From positions 25,380,534 to 25,444,533 of the forward strand of contig CM120644.1 in assembly GCA_051362555.1 (NCBI GenBank): DNA of 64,000 nt. The letters run 5' to 3'. Below the pieces are notes generated by a model that was given only the letters and a program-made list of their open reading frames with translations, made no database searches and was not told the origin of the DNA. Shown here in pieces: positions 1 through 24,741 of the stretch. The stretch is from Lingula anatina (lineage: Eukaryota; Animalia; Brachiopoda). Within the stretch, counting starts at the first letter, position 1. Each line of letters opens with the position of its first letter. The position numbers and the translations under genes are program-made.

Positions 1-123
1 TTTTAAAACCATCAATCAGTGACATATATTTGATTATTACAAGAATTATTAACATGATTATTATTGACCAGTTTCTTTAGACACCATGATTTCATAAAAC
101 TCCCACTAAAAACTTGTCCCCAC

Positions 124-3100
124 CTTTCATTGTAAGACTGCAGCATGATAGTGACAGCATATGAGATGACACGCTGACGATTCCTGAGGAAATATCTGGA
201 TATCCCCGTCTCTATCCAGGCCATGCCAAACAGCAACTCTGACAGGAAAGAAGACCAAATTTTAATTTTCTTTTTTGGATTAAATTGTTAAATTCCAGTA
301 AGTATATCAATTTCTTTCATCAAGTTACCCCTTGATAAATATCACCTAACTGTGAACACTTCCCTGATGAAGTAATGTCTTTTAATTCTGTAAACCTTCT
401 TGTCATCAACTATTACTAGTCTACTAAAGGTAATGTCTCCATGTTCTCACCTCTCAATGGTGGTACCATCTCCATGTTGCTGGCACCATAATTCTTGTAA
501 ATGGTGTTGATGATTTCCCCATCGGACTGAAACCTGGAAAATTTTGGAACACATATGAAATACTTTTCCTTCAAATATTTGAACAGTCATAACAACTGAC
601 TGCCATGTGTCCATCTAGTGTCAACCTGCTGATAAACTGACCACATCTTGCAGCTCAAGGTGAATCCACATGTTAATGTCGCCTGAATTGGTCAATATAG
701 CTTTTCCCCATTTATCTTTAAATGTAAATTACTTATCTACATATTAGCTCAAAAAATGTAATACCTTTAGAGGGAAAATTCCCCTTTTCATTGTTTTAGT
801 CACCATGCAACATTCTTTTCAGCTATAAAGCCATTTATCCTCAATTCAACTGCTTTGTTAATTTGTGGAAGATGGTGATCAGTTTAAACACTTTACTCCA
901 GATCTATATAAGATATTATCATATCAGTATCTTCACTTCACACAGTACAGGATCTCCTACCTTGCTAGGTCTCTGTTCCACAGATTGGCAGGAGATAAGA
1001 CCAGACAGCTATATTATCATATCAGTATCCTACCTTGCTAGGTCTCTATTCCACAGGTTAGCAGGAGATAAGACCAGACAGCTATATTATCATATCAGTA
1101 TCCTACCTTGCTAGGTCTCTATTCCACAGGTTGGCAGGAGATAAGACCAGACAGCTATATTATCATATCAGTATCCTACTTCTCCAGGTCTCTATTCCAC
1201 AGGTTGGCAGGAGATAAGACCAGACAGCTATATTATCATATCAGTATCCTACCTTGCTAGGTCTCTATTCCACAGGTTAGCAGGAGATAAGACCAGACAG
1301 CTATATTATCATATCAGTATCCTACCTTGCTAGGTCTCTATTCCACAGGTTAGCAGGAGATAAGACCAGACAGCTATATTATCATATCAGTATCCTACCT
1401 TGCTAGGTCTCTATTCCACAGGTTAGCAGGAGATAAGACCAGACAGCTATATTATCATATCAGTATCCTACCTTGCTAGGTCTCTATTCCACAGGTTAGC
1501 AGGAGATAAGACCAGACAGCTATATTATCATATCAGTATCCTACCTTGCTAGGTCTCTATTCCACAGGTTAGCAGGAGATAAGACCAGACAGCTATATTA
1601 TCATATCAGTATCCTACCTTGCTAGGTCTCTGTTCCACAGATTGGCAGGAGATAAGACCAGACAGCTATATTATCATATCAGTATCCTACCTTGCTAGGT
1701 CTCTATTCCACAGGTTAGCAGGAGATAAGACCAGACAGCTATATTATCATATCAGTATCCTACCTTGCTAGGTCTCTATTCCACAGGTTAGCAGGAGATA
1801 AGACCAGACAGCTATATTATCATATCAGTATCCTACCTTGCTAGGTCTCTATTCCACAGGTTAGCAGGAGATAAGACCAGACAGCTATATTATCATATCA
1901 GTATCCTACCTTGCTAGGTCTCTATTCCACAGGTTAGCAGGAGATAAGACCAGACAGCTATATTATCATATCAGTATCCTACCTTGCTAGGTCTCTATTC
2001 CACAGGTTAGCAGGAGATAAGACCAGACAGCTATATTATCATATCAGTATCCTACTTCTCCAGGTCTCTATTCCACAGGTTGGCAGGAGATAAGACCAGA
2101 CAGCTATATTATCATATCAGTATCCTACTTCTCCAGGTCTCTATTCCACAGGTTAGCAGGAGATAAGACCAGACAGTTATATTATCATATCAGTATCCTA
2201 CCTTGCTAGGTCTCTATTCCACAGGTTAGCAGGAGATAAGACCAGACAGCTATATTATCATATCAGTATCCTACCTTGCTAGGTCTCTATTCCACAGGTT
2301 AGCAGGAGATAAGACCAGACAGCTATATTATCATATCAGTATCCTACCTTGCTAGGTCTCTGTTCCACAGATTGGCAGGAGATAAGACCAGACAGCTATA
2401 TTATCATATCAGTATCCTACTTCTCCAGGTCTCTATTCCACAGGTTGGCAGGAGATAAGACCAGACAGTTATATTATCATATCAGTATCCTACCTTGCTA
2501 GGTCTCTATTCCACAGGTTAGCAGGAGATAAGACCAGACAGTTATATTATCATATCAGTATCCTACCTTGCTAGGTCTCTATTCCACAGGTTAGCAGGAG
2601 ATAAGACCAGACAGCTATATTATCATATCAGTATCCTACCTTGCTAGGTCTCTATTCCACAGGTTGGCAGGAGATAAGACCAGACAGTTATATTATCATA
2701 TCAGTATCCTACCTTGCTAGGTCTCTATTCCACAGGTTAGCAGGAGATAAGACCAGACAGTTATATTATCATATCAGTATCCTACCTTGCTAGGTCTCTA
2801 TTCCACAGGTTAGCAGGAGATAAGACCAGACAGCTATATTATCATATCAGTATCCTACCTTGCTAGGTCTCTGTTCCACAGATTGGCAGGAGATAAGACC
2901 AGACAGCTATATTATCATATCAGTATCCTACCTTGCTAGGTCTCTATTCCACAGGTTAGCAGGAGATAAGACCAGACAGCTATATTATCATATCAGTATC
3001 CTACCTTGCTAGGTCTCTATTCCACAGGTTAGCAGGAGATAAGACCAGACAGTTATATTATCATATCAGTATCCTACCTTGCTAGGTCTCTATTCCACAG

Positions 3101-4347
3101 ATTGGCAGGAGATAAGACCAGACAGCTATACTGGGGGAGCACAAACTTCAACTTTCTCTCAGGTAAACTCTCTGATACATGCAGACAGAAGTCAGACAAG
3201 GAATACACTTTACCACTGGAAATACAATAGTCATTCAATTACTGGCATAATACAATAAAAGCTGGCTTTTTAATAGGTCTCTGCATCTAAAATGGGTACT
3301 TTTCAGCAAGTGCTGAACTTAGCAATTTAATTTATAAAATGAATTTAATCATTCAGTCCATATTCAATACATGTATCAACAATTCAAAGCGTTAAGTCGA
3401 CAAATAACATGTTTAACTAAAGAAAAGAGATATTATAAAAAAACTACAAATTTTTCCACAAAATCCACTTACTTGTGTTTATACTGAAAGTTGTTCAGAT
3501 GGTCCAACAGTTCAAACACCTTGGCCAGCGGCAGACGGAAGGCGTCATTGCGGATCATCTTGGACTGTTCCCATGGCGACACTGTCGACCGTATGATGAT
3601 TTGCTGAATATAAGCCACTGGGGGTCCGTGGTACTGGAAACCATGACAACATAGTCTTACCATTATGTCTAACAAACAATGCTAATTTACTAGGACTTCA
3701 AGTGATTTTAACAAAATTTCAGTTTTTTAGAATATCAAATGAGCTCATGGTTTAAATCAAATCTATTTAACATACTGAAGCTGTTAGGGTGTATTAACTA
3801 TCGTTTAGCAGCTTCAGTAGGCATTCAAGACATCTCAGCCACATAATCAGAATGATATTTAGTGAGAATCTCCTCAGAGATGGACCAATCCCTCTGGATG
3901 GATCTAGTGATGGGAACTCAGTGTTACTCACCCAGCTGGGACCCTTCACTGTCTCTGTAGTCAGTGTGGTCAGGTTGATGTAGTCTGGGGGAGACCTGTA
4001 CCCCGGGGCAGGGACGGAGTGCTCCAGGGGGGCGTTACCTGGGAGAGGAATACTCAGCAGGGGGTAGCTGGAATATAGACGACAGAATTAACAGGATGTA
4101 TAACCAAAACCACATTGCTGTCAAACTGATAATAATTCCACAACACAACAGCATAGTGAACCAAATCTGCAGATTTTGGAAAGGTTCTCTGTCAATCTAT
4201 CCATTAACATGAAGTACACATAATGTCTACTCACCAGATACAGCAGGAGATACTGATGACCATAAAGATGAAGGCATAGGGATGACTGGCACACACTAGT
4301 CCATAGCAGTAGTAGACCTCTGCCACTCTTTCCTTCACACGCTGCAT
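124..4347 (-). CDS. SCAP: SREBP cleavage-activating protein, N-terminal six coding exons (gene continues off the left edge)
   Basis: Exons 4347-4235, 4067-3932, 3633-3473, 3215-3078, 533-451, 238-124, all GT-AG and phase-consistent. Spliced product MQRVKERVAEVYYCYGLVCASHPYAFIFMVISISCCICYPLLSIPLPGNAP...[26 protein letters not shown]...DAFRLPLAKVF...FCLHVSE...SCLVLSPANLWNRD...LRELLFGMAWIETGISRY...VISYAVTIMLQ matches my recollection of SCAP TM1 and luminal loop 1 (HGLLCASYP, CYPLLKLPLPG, PEWYVGAPVAYVQQI, CLLLSPGNFWQND, DLLFG, VSYTITL). Confidence 0.93.
955..3130 (-). repeat. 73-bp minisatellite, 30 copies, spanning the SCAP coding exon 4 splice donor
   Basis: Unit on minus = last 53 nt of the exon (TATAGCTGTCTGG...CTAGCAAG) + GTAGGATACTGATATGATAA. 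The cctac motif recurs every 73 bp from 956 to 3073. Confidence 0.97.
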
Positions 4348-6320
4348 TCTTGCTGGACACTGGGTACTTGGAGTCACTACGGGTCACTGTCTGAAGGTCA
4401 CGGCAAGGACAAGACCTTGGGGTCACTGTCTAGAGGTCACTTCAAGGTCACTATATGAAGGTCACGACCTCGGAATCAATTCCTGGGGGTCACAACCTGA
4501 GGGTCACTACTAGTAGGTGGAATCCTCTCTGCTGGACTGAAGTACTGCTGCTTCTTTAACAACAGAGTATAGCTTCTGTAAATGTCTTGTCAAACTCGTG
4601 AAGATTCAACTGAGTTTGCTGCCTGTGAGAGAATACCGTATCTCTCAATCTAAATGCTTGATCTGAGATAGTACTGCTGACACAATATCCTGCACTAGCT
4701 AAGTATCCTTAGAATGTTTGATTTGTTGCCTTTCACACAAGTGATTCCACATATAATGCTGCTGCTCATGACTAGTATGTATCAACATATGTTCAAATAT
4801 TTGTAATCACCCTAAACAGTGCCACTTACTTGAGAATTTTAACTTTTCAAATAAATCAGATTACAGAAAACAAAAATATATTTATATCTTTAACAATTAT
4901 GGTAATATTTATCAAAAGGTGTTAAAAATCTGGTACATAATATGAAAAAAATTTCACAACTCAGTAATGAAGCTACAAAAACAGATTATTGGATAAAAAC
5001 TAACATACAATAAACAGACTTTGTGCAATATAAAGTAACAAAGAGCATTCACACAGATAGGCTATATAAACTACATACAACAACAAAAAATGAAGCAATA
5101 TCAGCAATGCTATCTTGTAACAGACAGATCTTACTGAAAATATCAAACTGAGCAAATAAACCAACAAACTCTGATATTTCAGAAGAATTCAATCTCAAAT
5201 ACAAAGCACTATTGTTTGCCAAATTTCATGGAATCACACAGAAGAATTTATAACTATCAGCACATTTGTTCCATGCTGAGATTGACACAGAACACTGGTC
5301 TAACATCCCACATTGATCACAAAATCAATATCTTACTCTTACTTCAATAAATACAGGTAGTAAAAATATCTAAACTGTGGTTAATGACTAGATGAGTTTA
5401 TATCAGAGGTGAAATGGCCATGTACATATGGACTAACACTGCCACCATCAACTAAGAAAGCCTCAGCTTTATGTTCACTTCTCAGGTGTTACAATATGTC
5501 CTGTTTTCTGAAGTCTTTGTCTTCAAATAGACAACTGGTGTTTGCTGCTCTTCAAACAGGACAGTTAATGTAGACTTCAATCACTGCTGTCTGACTCCAT
5601 TAACAATGGGGACCACAATGATTTCATAGGCCAGTGATTACTGCTATTGTAACAAGTGCTGTTATAATAATGTACAGTATGGTTTTAACAATACAAGACA
5701 GCTGTGGTCAGAACCACCATCTAAACTGTGATAATTCAATGATACAAATGCTGTATTTTCCTACGTGACAGCATTCCTATAGATACAAGCCATAGTTTAG
5801 CTCAGTAAGAGAACAGAGAGTGTTTTCATAGCAAAGATTTCATGCACATGTAACATGAACTGTTTCCAGTATGAGTCTCAACAAAACCATCTGCAGACCA
5901 CAACTATTACTCACAAACTCTTTCACCAGTTGTTGAAGTAGTGTGGAAATGCTGATTGCAATGTCTCCATTAACTCCACCAGAATTTGTTCTTTACTTTC
6001 TGTTCTACTAGATCTGTGTAGCCTGATATCTGTCAATAAGGGTCACTTCCAAAAAAAAGTTTTTACTGAAGTTCACAGTAGAGGTATCAGTTGTTCAGAA
6101 GCATAGCATCATGTTTTCTGTGAGGTCTTTGTACATCTGGAGCTGTCTGTACTGAATCAATGGAATTGTTTGTAGGCCAGGGTGATGCCTCCTTCTTAGA
6201 ACTTGTCAGCGTCTGGAAACAGAAAAAATACAGATCTTACAGTACAATTGACGTCATGCTGGAAAAATGTCTCCTCGGTAAAGTTTTTATGACTTTATCA
6301 GTGATGATTTTATTTTTCGT

Positions 6321-6422
6321 TTCTGACATGTGTGAAGTCTTGGTTCTACTCTGTTCTACATGGATTTCATTTCTGACATGTGTGAAGTCTGGGTTCTACT
6401 CTGTTCTACATGGATTTCATTT
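6321..6422. repeat. Two-copy tandem duplication of about 49 bp
   Basis: tttctgacatgtgtgaagtctkggttctactctgttctacatggatttca occurs twice in tandem. Confidence 0.85.
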
Positions 6423-7311
6423 CCACTGTTTTCATTATGACAGTCAGTCATGACTGAAAGGAAATTAAAACATTGTGACATTAATTTATTTCAGCATTTT
6501 GTTTGTTACCTTTTAACTCAAGAATCTATTTCAATTATCAACATAACCATGATAACAACAGAGCACCTGCATCAGGTATGATATAGAAGTGGATATAAAT
6601 CTATGATCCTAATGATCTACCATCAGAACTGAGTCATAGCTGTCTACAACATATATATCCACACATCAACACTGTATAGTGCTGGTAGAGACGCTAGTGG
6701 TGCACTTACATCACAGCTGACGGCAGCCGTTATGAAAGACACAGTCACAAGTGAAGTATGTGAGAAAACCACGTATAAACACGTGTGCTAGCACACAAAA
6801 CTGATATTCTGAATATAGAAAATGATAACCTGATTACCCTTATTTTCAAAAGTTACACTATCACCACAGACCTGCAGTGATTTTATTTCAAATTCAGCTT
6901 TAATAGTTAAGACTGGTGATGTCTTTGATCAGCTAATTGTCGTATCACACTGAAGGCTTTTGACTCCTCTCTATCTTGATGAACTGATATCACAGAGTTC
7001 AATGCCGTATGTAGTCATATATCACAGCCAGCTATTGACACTACAGAGATATGGCATGGTTCTTGGTGATACTCAAAACTTATCAGATTTTTGTGGGATG
7101 ACATAACTTCTGTGACACAATCATGTCTTGTTTTAGAATGTAGAGCAGTCATTGCCCCATGAAGAGTGCAGACACCAGACGCCCTGGCCAGTGCAAGGCC
7201 ACTAGAGGTCACTGTGGTCATGGACAGCCTGCGAGGGAAATTAGATTTTTAAAAAATCCATTTGCTGTATTTTTTACCAAAATTTGCCAGAGCAAAAAAA
7301 CATCAAGACAG

Positions 7312-7624
7312 GTTGAGGTTCTACTGCATAAATATTAGACTATAATGTGGTCTTCCATGAAACTCAGTTCAATGTTGAGGTTCTACTGCATAAATATTAG
7401 ACTATAATGTGGTCTTCTATGAAACTCAGTTCAATGTTGAGGTTCTACTACATAAATATTAGACTATAATGTGGTCTTCCATGAAACTCAGTTCAATGTT
7501 GAGGTTCTACTACATAAATATTAGACTATAATGTGGTCTTCCATGAAACTCAGTTCAATGTTGAGGTTCTACTGCATAAATATTAGACTATAATGTGGTC
7601 TTCTATGAAACTCAGTTCAATGTT
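7312..7624. repeat. 62-bp minisatellite, 5 copies
   Basis: gttgaggttctactgcataaatattagactataatgtggtcttccatgaaactcagttcaat repeated, period 62. Confidence 0.95.
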
Positions 7625-8317
7625 TATGTTAGCTCTAGCCTAAAATAATAAGCTTCTAAAATATCAAGTATGGCTTTATGTAAAACTTAATAGATCTAAA
7701 ATATCAAGTTTGGCTATATGTAAAACTTAATTAGCTTTGTTAAAACATTTTTGTTTGGTCCAAGTTAAAACTAAACCTTATAAATCCAGTTTATTTTCAG
7801 GTTAGGCCTGGGCTAATACTATATAGTATATAAAACCAGTCATTATAATTTATTTAAAGGATCATATTATATCCAACATTTAAAATAATTTTAAACTGTT
7901 TTGATAACAAACTGGTTGAGTAATGCCAAGTCAACTTGTACCTGTCTAATACAGGATATCACAGCTATATTGGAACTGGCATGTGACCCACACTGGCTAG
8001 AAAATCATCACTGTCTCATTCTGATGAGATGCTTTGATTAAGTCTATAAAAGTATACTCATTAAGAGAGAAGCATAAGGAATCAGCACTAATCATTACAT
8101 TTTCAATTCAACTGTTTTCAATCTGACCATATAGAGTTGTAACTTGATATTCTCCACAGCCTGGACTCCACACTGTTAGACTACATATCATCAAATGCTG
8201 GTGATTATTGATTATTTTCAATGGAAATGAAACTAAACAAATAATGCAGCACGTGAGGAAATTATCACTGCGGAGATAAATTACTTTCATCTCTGACATC
8301 AGTCTGACTGATTGTCT

Positions 8318-10255
8318 GGTTTCATCCTAGGCTGGAGGTGCTACACTTTGAGAGGGTGATCAGCAATACATTAGGTTATACTGAGTGTCTGGGTTCATCC
8401 TAGGCTGGAGGTGCTATACTATGAGAGGGTGATCAGCAATACATTAGGTTATACTGAGTGTCTGGGTTCATCCTAGGCTGGAGGTGCTATACTTTGAGAG
8501 GGTGATCAGCAATACATTAGGTTATACTGAGTGTCTGGGTTCATCCTAGGCTGGAGGTGCTATACTATGAGAGGGTGGTCAGCAATACATTAGGTTATAC
8601 TGAGTGTCTGGGTTCATCCTAGGCTGGAGGTGCTATACTTTCAGAGGGTGATCAGCAATACATTAGGTTATACTGAGTGTCTGGGTTCATCCTAGGCTGG
8701 AGGTGCTATACTATGAGAGGGTGATCAGCAATACATTAGGTTATACTGAGTGTCTGGGTTCATCCTAGGCTGGAGGTGCTATACTTTGAGAGGGTGATCA
8801 GCAATACATTAGGTTATACTGAGTGTCTGGGTTCATCCTAGGCTGGAGGTGCTATACTATGAGAGGGTGGTCAGCAATACATTAGGTTATACTGAGTGTC
8901 TGGGTTCATCCTAGGCTGGAGGTGCTATACTTTCAGAGGGTGATCAGCAATACATTAGGTTATACTGAGTGTCTGGGTTCATCCTAGGCTGGAGGTGCTA
9001 CACTTTCAGAGGGTGATCAGCAATACATTAGGTTATACTGAGTGTCTGGGTTCATCCTAGGCTGGAGGTGCTATACTATGAGAGGGTGATCAGCAATACA
9101 TTAGGTTATACTGAGTGTCTGGGTTCATCCTAGGCTGGAGGTGCTACACTTTCAGAGGGTGATCAGCAATACATTAGGTTATACTGAGTGTCTGGGTTCA
9201 TCCTAGGCTGGAGGTGCTACACTTTGAGAGGGTGATCAGCAATACATTAGGTTATACTGAGTGTCTGGGTTCATCCTAGGCTGGAGGTGCTATACTATGA
9301 GAGGGTGATCAGCAATACATTAGGTTATACTGAGTGTCTGGGTTCATCCTAGGCTGGAGGTGCTATACTTTGAGAGGGTGATCAGCAATACATTAGGTTA
9401 TACTGAGTGTCTGGGTTCATCCTAGGCTGGAGGTGCTATACTATGAGAGGGTGGTCAGCAATACATTAGGTTATACTGAGTGTCTGGGTTCATCCTAGGC
9501 TGGAGGTGCTATACTTTCAGAGGGTGATCAGCAATACATTAGGTTATACTGAGTGTCTGGGTTCATCCTAGGCTGGAGGTGCTACACTTTCAGAGGGTGA
9601 TCAGCAATACATTAGGTTATACTGAGTGTCTGGGTTCATCCTAGGCTGGAGGTGCTATACTATGAGAGGGTGATCAGCAATACATTAGGTTATACTGAGT
9701 GTCTGGGTTCATCCTAGGCTGGAGGTGCTACACTTTCAGAGGGTGATCAGCAATACATTAGGTTATACTGAGTGTCTGGGTTCATCCTAGGCTGGAGGTG
9801 CTACACTTTGAGAGGGTGATCAGCAATACATTAGGTTATACTGAGTGTCTGGGTTCATCCTAGGCTGGAGGTGCTATACTATGAGAGGGTGATCAGCAAT
9901 ACATTAGGTTATACTGAGTGTCTGGGTTCATCCTAGGCTGGAGGTGCTATACTATGAGAGGGTGATCAGCAATACATTAGGTTATACTGAGTGTCTGGGT
10001 TCATCCTAGGCTGGAGGTGCTACACTTTGAGAGGGTGATCAGCAATACATTAGGTTATACTGAGTGTCTGGGTTCATCCTAGGCTGGAGGTGCTACACTT
10101 TGAGAGGGTGATCAGCAATACATTAGGTTATACTGAGTGTCTGGGTTCATCCTAGGCTGGAGGTGCTACACTTTGAGAGGGTGGTCAGCAATACATTAGG
10201 TTATACTGAGTGTCTGGGTTCATCCTAGGCTGGAGGTGCTACACTATGAGAGGGT
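8318..10255. repeat. 73-bp minisatellite, about 26.5 copies, upstream of the SCAP coding region
   Basis: Unit gggttcatcctaggctggaggtgctatactatgagagggtgatcagcaatacattaggttatactgagtgtct, period 73. Its sequence is unrelated to the 955-3130 unit. Confidence 0.97.
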
Positions 10256-11123
10256 AGCCAGATATACATTATGTTATGTAGAGAAATTTTATTAGATACC
10301 TCGACTGCAGAAATAAACATGAAGCTCCCATGCTTAAGAGAATGCTTTTGCTCTATCTCCAACATTGATAGATTACTAAAAGATATTAGAACAAGACTAT
10401 CGATTAATAAAAAATATATCATTTTAACTGTTGTCAAAGAACACAAATTTTGGACAGACATTTATCATCAACAACTCATCTAGTTATATTATACAAATAA
10501 TTAAGCTGTATTTATAAGTTATAACCTAATACTATACAACCTGTACATGCTACGTAGTTGTTATGTAGTTGTCCACGTCTCTTATAGCTTGATTGTATTC
10601 CATATGTAAGTTTGGTTTATATCAATAGTTTCCACTATTATATTTCTGTATCAGACTAAAGGGACCATCAGTTGTTTACAGCTGTACTATAACAACCAAG
10701 CTGACATTGTACAGTGTGTACTCCCTGTTTGTGCTGCCTCCAGCATATAATAATAATAACCAGCTTGGAGACAGCACCCTATATAATTATCACTAAATGC
10801 AATCTTCTGCCAGGGTTGATGATTAACACCACACTGACAGTGTGTTATAGAATTGTGAAATTGGCTTGAATAGGTTAACAAGGTATCTCTTAAGCTTCCA
10901 TTCACAGTGATGATCATCTGGTTAATGTACAGGTATACCAGTACCTTACCAATTAACTTACGTAAGCTGGGGAAATTATATTACATTGACAAAATGAAGA
11001 TCTTCGTTGCAGTTTGTAGCTGTATCCAAACTGAATAATAGACCTCCCCACATGAGGGAAGTGATGTTACTGTGAATGGATAAAGCAGACAATGGTTACT
11101 TAGCTGACTACGCTGACACTCAC

Positions 11124-11714
11124 CTTTCGCAATATCCACTTATGTGGAGTTCTTCAAACTGTCACATGTAATATAAACGGTCCCCAAAACTCTGGAAATA
11201 CTCATCTTTTAACAAAACACTTAACACTAAACTCCACGTCTTTCTTATAGAAACTCACAGTTGAAACAAATCGTCGCAATTATGTTACTCTTGACGCACG
11301 AGTTGTTTGAACATCGGTCATAAATTAATCTTTTTCACTACACTGCTGGGCACCGTCTTCCCTCGCTGTCATCTCTGTTGAAACTATGCCTAGGCTAGGA
11401 TACACACGGCAGGTATTCACTGTCAGACCAACATTTTCCTTATGTTGCATGTTTTCACATGTTTAATCTTTTTTGTTTAACGATTATATAAAGGAATATT
11501 TCAAATATATAAAAAGTATTTTAAAAACGCTACAACAGTCTTTTAGATATGTGGGAAATTAATAAACGGTGTGAGAGGAATGTACTTGTGCTGGAGACAG
11601 CTCTATACGGATGTGAGGTGATCTTGCGCCAAAGTGACTGCGCAGTAGACCGGATGTGGAGGAAAAACGTAGTGCATTTTCTCTGGAAAGAAAATATTGT
11701 GAATTTTAATCATA
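11124..11714. promoter_or_regulatory. Putative bidirectional promoter of SCAP (-) and DHX8 (+), with a candidate first non-coding SCAP exon
   Basis: Locally CpG-richer than the flanking gene bodies. Minus-strand donor AAG|GTGAGT at 11124/11123; ETS-like ACCGGATGT 11649-11657; E2F-like TTTGGCGC (minus, 11626-11633); SRE-like GTGAGGTGAT 11613-11622. The TSS is not directly visible. Confidence 0.55.
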
Positions 11715-24587
<12,873 letters not shown>

Positions 24588-24617
<30 letters not shown>

Positions 24618-24741
24618 AAGAACATCTGATTGGTCTTCAGGAGAGTACATACTAAAGTCACTTTCTAAAAGAACATCTGATTGGTCTTCAGGAGAGTGCA
24701 TACTGAAGTCCCGTTCTAAGAGAGCACCTGATTGGTTCTTC
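24588..24741 (+). repeat. 51-bp repeat x3 spanning the DHX8 stop codon
   Basis: aggagagtacatactaaagtcactttcTAAaagaacatctgattggtcttc at 24588, 24639 and 24690 (third copy diverged). Confidence 0.93.

Noticed and set aside
955-10255. CRISPR-like arrays
   Set aside because: Units are repeated end to end with no unique spacers, the context is eukaryotic and there are no cas genes.
955-10255. Both SCAP-region arrays have a 73-bp period (about half a nucleosome wrap)
   Set aside because: Unit sequences are unrelated and other arrays have periods of 39, 51, 60, 62, 81, 85 and 95, so this is treated as coincidence.
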